Source: a virus. From it: a DNA stretch of 64,000 bases. Both the position numbers and the translations under genes were made by a program. Positions 56,432 to 64,000 of the stretch are shown one piece after another. The stretch is taken from IMG/VR virus record IMGVR_UViG_3300010244_000001; one strand, written 5' to 3'. The stretch's first letter is position 1. Every line of letters starts with the position of its first letter. The notes under the pieces were generated by a model that was given only the letters and a program-made list of their open reading frames with translations, had not been told where the DNA came from and made no database searches.

Positions 56432-59400
56432 TTGGCTAATAAAGAGAAGTATATGTTTGAGGTTGAAGCCCAGACAGGTAAAGCTGAACAAAGTCTAAAA
56501 AGTATTCAACAGAGAATGGATGAAATTGAAAAGATACGTAACCGTGGTTCGGATAACTATGATACAACTTCTCAAAAAGAAATGTATAAAGCAATGCGTA
56601 ATATGTCTGAGTTAACTCAACAGTACAAAGAAGCTAACAGAGAATTGGAATCAATTAAGTCAAATATGTCTAACATGTTTGATTCTATTCAAGTTCCTAA
56701 AAATGCTTCTAGGGAACAGTTAAATCAGATGAATAGCTTAAGGACTGCTTCCTATAAAAATGCACGAGCAGCAGTACAGCAACAACGAGAACTGCAACAA
56801 GCCTATGCCAAATCCCTTAGTCAGCTAAGGGAACTGTCTTCCTTCCAACAGACCCCCTCTAAGGCATTCAGGAGTCCTTTAGGTTCTAATGATATCCGTA
56901 ACGTTAGTCAAGACCCTGTTAGAGCTAGAGGGCAAACTGAGGCACTAGCTAACAGGGAGAGTGGAGCAGATAGCGTAACAGATAGACTTAAGGAACAAAT
57001 GAAAGAGGTAAGAGAGCTAGACAAACGTACCTCTAACAGAGCAAGACAAGCAACTGCTTCTAAGTATATGTCCTACCAACAGTCTAGTGACTTCGGTGCA
57101 GATGTTATGAGAAGTAGAAATGACTTCACAGATGATAGAGAAAAGAATTTACAGTCAATGACGAGAAACAATATGGAGCGGTCACGCTTATCTAGAGAAG
57201 TTAGTCAAGTACAAAGTAACCCCGATAACTACTCACAAGAAGAACGAGACCGTGCCTTTCAAATGCAAGAAACGATTAGGGAAATAGACAGAGAGCAAGA
57301 TATTCGAGAGAAGCTTAATCGAACTCTTAATCAGACAATGGAGAATGTAGAGCAAGCTAACTCAGATATCCTTGGAGCTGGAGTAGAAGCAAGACCGAAA
57401 CGTGGTACCATAAGTAGTATGGCTGTAGAACGTGCCCCTTCTATCGGTATGGGTATATCTGGTGCAGTAGGTCTAACCCTTGGAGGAATGTACGCTAGAG
57501 GTGATTCTGCTGAGAGTAATATGAGAGATGATATCATAGCTATAGGTCAGAGAACAGAACAAGACCGATGGAGACAGAATGTAAGAGACGATGCTATAAA
57601 TTCAGGTCTCGAAAACAGGTTAGGGTTTACTGGTCAAGAAATGCTTACTTTCCAACAAAATTATCTAGGAAATAGGGGATATCAAAGCATGGAAGACCTA
57701 GACACAGCTATGACTTCTCAAGCAGAGTTTTCTCGTGTAACAGGTTCCAGTGCTGAAACCACCAGCCAATTCTGGAGTGGTATGTTTGACAGCGCAGCAC
57801 TAGTTGGTAACGATGTAAAAGATATCCAAAATGCTTTTGTAGGTGGTATTAAAGAGAGTGGTATGCAAGGTCGTGAGGAAGCTCAATTAAAAGCCACTGA
57901 AAGCTTAGTTAGTACAATTTCACAAGGACGTACTGTAGGTCGTGAAGGTGTCTTGAATCTAATGGGGCTACAATCAGTACTAAATCAATCTGGAGTTAAA
58001 CCTTTACGAGGTGAAACAGGTAGTCAATTTCTTCAAGATATTAATACTGGTATTAGACAGGGTATTGATGACCCATCTACTAGGTTGATGTTTGGTCAGG
58101 GTTCAATATACCAAGGTCTAGGAGGTTCTTGGGAACTAGCACAACAAATGGAAAAAGGTATACAAGACCCAAGGAATATTAGAACTATTGGTAGTATTGC
58201 TGAAAGCTTTTCTAGCACTGAAGAGGGGCAAAACTATGCATCCCTCCAATTCCTAAGAGGTAATTTAGGTGTAGATGCTTCTACAGAACAAGTAGAAGGA
58301 CTAATGGACTTATACAGAAGTGGGCAACTCTCAGATGAGAATATACAAGATGTAATGCAATCCACTCAACAAACGGGAGAGGAAGCTTCTCAGGAAAGTG
58401 CAGAAAGATATTCAGAATCAAACGAAGCTACAAGAAATCAGAGTGAAGCAGTATCAGAAAAACAAGCAATAAATATAAATGACTTTGGGGATTTAGTAAG
58501 GTCTGCTAATTCAGCTATGAGTCAAGTACCTACGCTTGCTTACGCAGTAATAGCTGCTTTTGGTTCCCTTGCAGTTTCCATCGCAGGTATTGCAAGTATG
58601 CTTGGTACATCAGGTGGAGTTGGTAAAGTTGGTCAATGGTTGTCTCGTACTGGAGGTAAGTATAACGACCCCGATGGAGGAAAAGGACCTTTCGTAGATA
58701 AAAACGGAAACCCTATCTCAAGCCAAAAACAACAAACTGGTGGAGGAGGATTCTTCTCCTTCGGTGGATTTGGTGGTGGAGATGACTCTACAACTAGAGA
58801 TGGTAAAGGACCGGCAGGAAGAGTTGGTGGTTTATTTAACAAAGCAAAACAAGGACCTAGTAAGGCAAAAAACTGGGCAAAAAATATCTTCTCTGGTGGA
58901 GGAGGTAACAGCTCAGGCATCCTACCCCAAGCTCCCGGTGGAGGAAACTTTTTAGGAGGTCTCGGTAAAGTAGCAGGAAAGGCATTCTTACCTCTAAGCT
59001 TACTATCTACTGCTGGCAGTGTAATTAACTCCTCTTCCGCATCTTCTACAGGAAATGCTCTTGGAAGTCTTGGGGGAGGACTCGGTGGCGGTGGAATAGG
59101 AGCAGCCATCGGTACGATGATTATGCCCGGTATAGGTACTGCTATTGGTGGAGGTATTGGAAGTATAGTAGGCTCATTCGGTGGCTCTAAGATAGGTGAG
59201 GCTATAGGAGGGTTGTTTGGTGGAGGAGACAGCGAATCTTCTACTCAGGAAGAAACGACTTCTCAAACAAATACCGACCAAGAAAGTAGTAGCCAAAGTC
59301 AACTAGACCGAGAGAACACGACTCAAGCAGCCAATACCGAGAGACTTAGAACAGACAACATTGCTAATATGAGGTCTAATTTAAACCAACAACAAGGGTT

Positions 59401-60157
59401 GGTTAATCAGATTAGGGACTTGTTACAACAGTCTGCTATACAGAACGGTGTTGTTGGAAATGTAGGAAATTCAATGGGTACAACCAATGCAGGTAATCCA
59501 GCCCAACAAGTTGCAGGAAGTGGAAATGCAGAAAAGATATGGAATTTCTTTGCAAACAACGGTTTTAATCCACAAGCAACTGCCGGTATTATGGGTAACT
59601 TACAGCAGGAATCAGGTTTAGACCCAACAGCAGTAAACCCGACTAGTGGAGCCTCTGGTGTGGGGCAATGGTTAGATGGTCGTTTAGACAACCTACATTC
59701 TTTTGCTTCAGATAGAGGAACAAGCCCTAAAAATTTACAAACTCAGCTAGAATTTATGTTACATGAGATGCAAGGTGGAGACGCAGGAACCGACTTTTCT
59801 CCATATGGAGGTCTAGATGCCTTTAAAAATGCTGATGATGTTAATAAAGCAACAAATGTGTTTGAAGATGTGTTTGAACGTTCTGGGGGCTCTGCAATGG
59901 GTAATCGAAGAGATTATGCTAATGAGTTCCTTAATAGGTACCAATCCTCTGCTAATACAGGAAACACAGCTACACAGGTTTCCACTGCGTCTGCTAATCC
60001 TGAGATAACATCAACGATTAACGTACAAGTAAGTGCAGATGAAAAGGTGTCAGATAAAGTAAATGACAGTAAAGATATGGAACAAACAGCTAGAAATATT
60101 CACGACCGAGTTTATGGTTCGATGAACTTCCATTCTATAGATACAGTGAGGATTTAA
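56432..60157 (+). CDS. tail tape measure protein with C-terminal lysozyme-like domain, 1241 aa
   Basis: length, coiled-coil N-terminal half, Gly-rich and TM-like centre, IWNFFANNGFNPQATAGIMGNLQQESGLDP near the C-terminus; TTG start with SD GGAGAGTGG. Confidence 0.8.
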   Translation: MANKEKYMFEVEAQTGKAEQSLKSIQQRMDEIEKIRNRGSDNYDTTSQKEMYKAMRNMSELTQQYKEANRELESIKSNMSNMFDSIQVPKNASREQLNQMNSLRTASYKNARAAVQQQRELQQAYAKSLSQLRELSSFQQTPSKAFRSPLGSNDIRNVSQDPVRARGQTEALANRESGADSVTDRLKEQMKEVRELDKRTSNRARQATASKYMSYQQSSDFGADVMRSRNDFTDDREKNLQSMTRNNMERSRLSREVSQVQSNPDNYSQEERDRAFQMQETIREIDREQDIREKLNRTLNQTMENVEQANSDILGAGVEARPKRGTISSMAVERAPSIGMGISGAVGLTLGGMYARGDSAESNMRDDIIAIGQRTEQDRWRQNVRDDAINSGLENRLGFTGQEMLTFQQNYLGNRGYQSMEDLDTAMTSQAEFSRVTGSSAETTSQFWSGMFDSAALVGNDVKDIQNAFVGGIKESGMQGREEAQLKATESLVSTISQGRTVGREGVLNLMGLQSVLNQSGVKPLRGETGSQFLQDINTGIRQGIDDPSTRLMFGQGSIYQGLGGSWELAQQMEKGIQDPRNIRTIGSIAESFSSTEEGQNYASLQFLRGNLGVDASTEQVEGLMDLYRSGQLSDENIQDVMQSTQQTGEEASQESAERYSESNEATRNQSEAVSEKQAININDFGDLVRSANSAMSQVPTLAYAVIAAFGSLAVSIAGIASMLGTSGGVGKVGQWLSRTGGKYNDPDGGKGPFVDKNGNPISSQKQQTGGGGFFSFGGFGGGDDSTTRDGKGPAGRVGGLFNKAKQGPSKAKNWAKNIFSGGGGNSSGILPQAPGGGNFLGGLGKVAGKAFLPLSLLSTAGSVINSSSASSTGNALGSLGGGLGGGGIGAAIGTMIMPGIGTAIGGGIGSIVGSFGGSKIGEAIGGLFGGGDSESSTQEETTSQTNTDQESSSQSQLDRENTTQAANTERLRTDNIANMRSNLNQQQGLVNQIRDLLQQSAIQNGVVGNVGNSMGTTNAGNPAQQVAGSGNAEKIWNFFANNGFNPQATAGIMGNLQQESGLDPTAVNPTSGASGVGQWLDGRLDNLHSFASDRGTSPKNLQTQLEFMLHEMQGGDAGTDFSPYGGLDAFKNADDVNKATNVFEDVFERSGGSAMGNRRDYANEFLNRYQSSANTGNTATQVSTASANPEITSTINVQVSADEKVSDKVNDSKDMEQTARNIHDRVYGSMNFHSIDTVRI

Positions 60158-60234
60158 TAGTATCCTCACTTTTTCCTTAAAGTAATCGTGATATAATAGA
60201 TATAAGAGACGTTTGAAAGAAAGAGGTGAACTAT

Positions 60235-62682
60235 ATGGGAAATCCCACATTATTAAGATTTCCAAGTTTTGAGTGCGAATTAGTCACGGAAAACAGTTCG
60301 TATATTATAACATACGACTTGAATAAAGAACTAACTTCTAATGATTTTGAAAATTCAATCATTTCGTTTAGTACAAAAAACTCTATGCAAGATGATACAC
60401 CTGTCTTTTCTATAATTATTTCAGCAAAAGAGAAGTGGGATAACATTTTAGGTCCTAATGACCTTATACGTTTGAAAGCTATACCTGATACGAAAGCAGG
60501 AGAGCCAGAAAATCCTGTTATACTTGTAGGTTTAATATCTGATGTACATAAAGAAGGGGAGTATAATGATGGGGTTCTACTATATCGTATAACTGGTAAA
60601 GCTATGGCAAAAGCACTAACGGATTTTGAGGTAGGAGTTATTCAAGAAGTTTCTGCAATCATATCTAACGTTGGTTGGTTGCCAGATGACCCTGAAACTG
60701 GTTTGGACTTTTCAGGTAACACAGCTGCTGGTATTGGTGAAGAACTTATGGATAAGTTTGTTTTTGAATATGCTAATTATTACTTTGCAGGTGGTAGAAC
60801 CTTAGACGATTTCTTTATTTATGAGTTCGAAAGTTGGACAGAAGACGAATCCCTTTCAGATACAACTCCGTTTATTAACTACCAAGGAAGTCTTAGGCAG
60901 TTTTTAGAAGACATAGCAGCTAAACCTTTTAATGAAATATACTTTGAGTATACACCCGATGGTAAATGTAAAGCTATTATGAGACCTACACCATTCGACC
61001 CCGATAAATGGGATAGACTACCTACATACGGATTTACAAGTGAGACTGTGTTAGAAGAGTCTTTTGGTAAATCGGATTCAGAAATGTATTCTGTTTATGT
61101 TGTCCAACCTCCGAATGCGGTAAATCTTACTACAATGGACTTAGGGGTGTTTCCTAAATTCCACCCTGATTTAATTAACAAATATGGTTACAAACGATTG
61201 GATGCTAAAAATAGATATTTGTTATCTTCTCACGTTGTAGATATGCACAACGAGCAAGGGGACGGACCAAGCTTTGATGACGATGAGCAACTAGGCATAC
61301 CAGATGAAGATAATACGGGAATACCTTCTTATGATGATGTTATGTGGGTTATTGAACAGAATGGGTATGATACCCCTGAAGAATTGGAAGGTATGAAGGA
61401 TTTTGCAGTACAAAATATATTATCTTTCTTCCCTGATATGGCAGATGATGTAGCAGAAGGTATTGTTGAACACTTATCAACTGATACTTTTACGGAGAAC
61501 GCTTACCTAACTTTAATAGCTGAAAGTGGAGATACAGAAGAAGGGGAATTTCAGGGAGTCAGAGACCGAGACAATACAGGAATCCCTACATATGAAGAGT
61601 TGATGGATGTGATTGAATCGAATGATTACAATGACCCAGAAACACTTAGAAATGAGAGAAATTTTGTAAATAGCAATATTAAGTCTTTCTATCCTGATAT
61701 GCCAGATTCTTTAGTTACTAATGTTATCGATAGTCTTATCGAAGAATCCTTTAATGAGGAAAGTTACTTAAATATGGTTGCAAGTTCTGGAGCCAATGAA
61801 GAAATGGGTACAGAAGCTAACAATGAAAAAGACGTTGCAACAGAAAAGGTGGAAGAGTACACACAAAGACTTTTTAATTGGTATTGTGAGAATGCAAACT
61901 TCTATTCTGGGGATATACGTGTTCTCGGTAACACGAATTACAGAGTAGGTTCTAGAGTGTTTTACAGAGACTATGAGAGAAACACGACATGGGAATTTTA
62001 CGTTGAGTCCGTTCAACACGAATTTAGTTTTACAAACGGATTTGTAACTATTCTAGGTGTAACAAGAGGTTTGCCGAACAACGGAGAATCCCGATTCACC
62101 AATTTATGGGGGAAGTCCCAAGACTTTAAAGGTGGGTATTTAGGTGAACCGTCTATAGCAGAGTCTATTGAGAATGCTCAAGAAACCTCTACATCAGGAG
62201 CTACAGGTAGTTTCGGAAATAATGCAGGAGGGAACATTGCTATGTCAGCATTAGCTACGGGACGTACTATGTTAGACAGACCTTCTATTTATGACTTAGG
62301 AGGAGGAAGACAACAACAGAGCCCCTTCGCAACTGACCCTATAATTGTAGACTGCTCGTCATTTATATGGTGGTGCTACTATGAGAACGGTATAGCACTT
62401 AAAGGAGGTAAAACAGGCATGACCACAGATACTATTAGACAGGACCCTCGATTTGTAACAATGTCTGAAAGAGGTTCAGATGTCAACCAAGCGATAGATA
62501 ATTTAGTTCTGGGAGACCTTGTTTACTTTGACACATACAAAAATTATGGTCACGTAGGTATTTATAATGGGAACGGTACATTTATAGGTGCTCAAAGCTC
62601 CTCAGGTATATCGGAGGCAGACATGAATAACAGTTATTGGGCTCAAAGATTTAAAGGGCACGTCTTGAGATATAGAGGTTAA
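60235..62682 (+). CDS. tail-associated protein with C-terminal NlpC/P60 endopeptidase domain, 815 aa
   Basis: SD AAGAGGTGA then ATG 60235; DCSSFIWWCY (Cys) and YGHVGIY (His); internal roughly 87-aa tandem duplication. Confidence 0.8.
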   Translation: MGNPTLLRFPSFECELVTENSSYIITYDLNKELTSNDFENSIISFSTKNSMQDDTPVFSIIISAKEKWDNILGPNDLIRLKAIPDTKAGEPENPVILVGLISDVHKEGEYNDGVLLYRITGKAMAKALTDFEVGVIQEVSAIISNVGWLPDDPETGLDFSGNTAAGIGEELMDKFVFEYANYYFAGGRTLDDFFIYEFESWTEDESLSDTTPFINYQGSLRQFLEDIAAKPFNEIYFEYTPDGKCKAIMRPTPFDPDKWDRLPTYGFTSETVLEESFGKSDSEMYSVYVVQPPNAVNLTTMDLGVFPKFHPDLINKYGYKRLDAKNRYLLSSHVVDMHNEQGDGPSFDDDEQLGIPDEDNTGIPSYDDVMWVIEQNGYDTPEELEGMKDFAVQNILSFFPDMADDVAEGIVEHLSTDTFTENAYLTLIAESGDTEEGEFQGVRDRDNTGIPTYEELMDVIESNDYNDPETLRNERNFVNSNIKSFYPDMPDSLVTNVIDSLIEESFNEESYLNMVASSGANEEMGTEANNEKDVATEKVEEYTQRLFNWYCENANFYSGDIRVLGNTNYRVGSRVFYRDYERNTTWEFYVESVQHEFSFTNGFVTILGVTRGLPNNGESRFTNLWGKSQDFKGGYLGEPSIAESIENAQETSTSGATGSFGNNAGGNIAMSALATGRTMLDRPSIYDLGGGRQQQSPFATDPIIVDCSSFIWWCYYENGIALKGGKTGMTTDTIRQDPRFVTMSERGSDVNQAIDNLVLGDLVYFDTYKNYGHVGIYNGNGTFIGAQSSSGISEADMNNSYWAQRFKGHVLRYRG

Positions 62683-62700
62683 TGAAAGGAGTGTAAAGAA

Positions 62701-63819
62701 ATGGCTGATAATATAGGAGGTTTCCAAACACCCCTATCTTCAATGAGGTTTCAATCTCAATTAGGTAAAGAGCATGAAAGACGATATAAAGAAGGGGAGA
62801 ATGCCTTACGGTTATCCATAGCAGAGGTCGTTAAAGTGAACTATAAATATAATACCGTTGACGTTGTGACTAAGTTGTACAAGAACTCAACGGTAAGAAA
62901 CCCTATAAATAACGGTAAGTTTTCTGCAAAGTTACCTATTTCCTTTGGTGGACGTACACCAGAAGGACATCCTTACGGGACAAATACGTTGGTTAGTGTC
63001 GGTTCCCTTGTACTTATTGGGTTCATTGAAGGGGATAAGGATTACCCTGTTGTACTAAACATATACGGGGATGTAGATAACCAATCTCAATTAACACAAA
63101 CAACTTTTACAAGTGCAGAGGAATCAGATGAATTTATACAAAGAGAAGTGTGGAAGTTGTTTACTTTATATCCTTCTTTGACGTATGAGAGTACAGATGG
63201 TAGAGGTAGCAAGGAAGTTACACTACCCGGTAGGACATTCCTTTATGTTACAGATACAGACCCTGAGAATGCTTATGTACGAGACACTGGTTTTGACTAT
63301 GAACACCTACCTAGTTCTAGATATTCCAGTGGGGACGCTATTGAACCTAAATCACCACAAACTCCTACTTTACTATACGTTCACCAAGGGGTATATGATA
63401 AACATAGAGTAACCTTCTTTATAAAGTCTGATGGGACACTACGAATTGGTAGTAGGCACTTAGACGGTAACGGAATTACTTTTCAGGAGTTAACCCCAAA
63501 CGGTAAAATAAATTTAGAACAAAGAAAAGGTACAATAAGTCCCGAACTCGATTTTGAGAGGGAGAAATTTTCAAAAATGAGTATTGAGGATGACGGAACA
63601 GTTATTTTAAAATCCCAAAACCACACAATTACTTTAACTAACGAGAACATATTTGTCAACAGTATCAACCTCTTAGAGTGGATTGATTGGGTCAATAACT
63701 ATTTATACAGTCTAGATGAAAGAGTAACAAATTTAGAAAGAAAAGTAGCAGATTTACAGAACTATGTATCATCTATAAATGCAAGAGTTGTAGAGATAGA
63801 AGACATGCTTAACATATAA
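62701..63819 (+). CDS. baseplate-region structural protein, 372 aa, coiled-coil C-terminus
   Basis: SD AAAGGAGTG; position. Confidence 0.7.
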   Translation: MADNIGGFQTPLSSMRFQSQLGKEHERRYKEGENALRLSIAEVVKVNYKYNTVDVVTKLYKNSTVRNPINNGKFSAKLPISFGGRTPEGHPYGTNTLVSVGSLVLIGFIEGDKDYPVVLNIYGDVDNQSQLTQTTFTSAEESDEFIQREVWKLFTLYPSLTYESTDGRGSKEVTLPGRTFLYVTDTDPENAYVRDTGFDYEHLPSSRYSSGDAIEPKSPQTPTLLYVHQGVYDKHRVTFFIKSDGTLRIGSRHLDGNGITFQELTPNGKINLEQRKGTISPELDFEREKFSKMSIEDDGTVILKSQNHTITLTNENIFVNSINLLEWIDWVNNYLYSLDERVTNLERKVADLQNYVSSINARVVEIEDMLNI

Positions 63820-63875
63820 TTACTACCATACGGATTTCTGTTCGTCCTATATTATAAGTAGAGGTGGTGAAAACC

Positions 63876-64000
63876 ATGCCAATGCAAGACGGAAGAAATA
63901 CATTGAAAAGAATTGAATTTGAAGTCGGAGACCGATTGTTTAAATTTGCTATAAACCCAGAAAACTATGTAGATTCTAGACCCCATCGTACAGCAGTTTC
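63876..64000 (+). CDS. structural protein, 5' part only (runs off window)
   Basis: SD GAGGTGGTGA, ATG 63876; MPMQDGRNTLKRIEFEVGDRLFKFAINPENYVDSRPHRTAVS... Confidence 0.6.
   Translation, partial: MPMQDGRNTLKRIEFEVGDRLFKFAINPENYVDSRPHRTAV

Noticed and set aside
58633-59109. 158-aa Pro-rich minus-strand ORF, plus + strand overlapping ORFs 58740..58955 and 59817..60008
   Set aside because: They are shadows of the Gly-rich (GGN) segment of the tape measure gene.

Overview
This is AT-rich phage DNA with Bacillus-type expression signals: extended Shine-Dalgarno sites (AAGGGAGATGAT, AAGGAGGTGA) and sigma-A promoters of the form TTGACA-N17-TGnTATAAT. The structural module is that of a contractile-tailed, SPO1/Herelleviridae-like myovirus (inference from gene content). 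All calls are hand-read, and family names come from remembered motifs, not searches.

Layout:
- 1-13.8 kb, + strand: a 31-bp tandem repeat at the window edge, then at least 33 near-consensus early promoters. Each drives one tiny orphan gene or an ORF-less transcript, which resembles the SPO1 host-takeover module. The array is interrupted at 8.1-8.8 kb by microsatellites and a repeat-spacer-repeat.
- 14.1-33.3 kb, - strand: intracellular-subtilisin-like protease, nucleotide-metabolism genes, YopX-like, DEDDh exonuclease, PhoH-like ATPase, amidase endolysin, collagen-like protein and large terminase. One opposite-strand LysM-CAP moron sits inside this block.
- 33.4-35.1 kb: membrane and XhlA-like genes and an XRE regulator.
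- 35.1-38.9 kb: repeat-rich non-coding DNA, then a vWA protein with a Ro60/TROVE- or DUF2828-like N-terminus. It is flanked by four copies of a covarying RNA helix module, one of which carries a tRNA T-arm mimic.
- 38.9-64 kb, + strand: morphogenesis genes (portal, prohead protease, acidic scaffold, capsid, sheath, tube, chaperone pair, tape measure, NlpC/P60 tail protein).

Most notable:
- the Ro/Y-RNA-like locus;
- a tail-tube gene that appears split by three ORF-less group I introns, next to a free-standing nuclease gene;
- a prfB-like CUU UAA G +1 site joining the chaperone ORFs;
- several genes interrupted at homopolymers or by in-frame stops.
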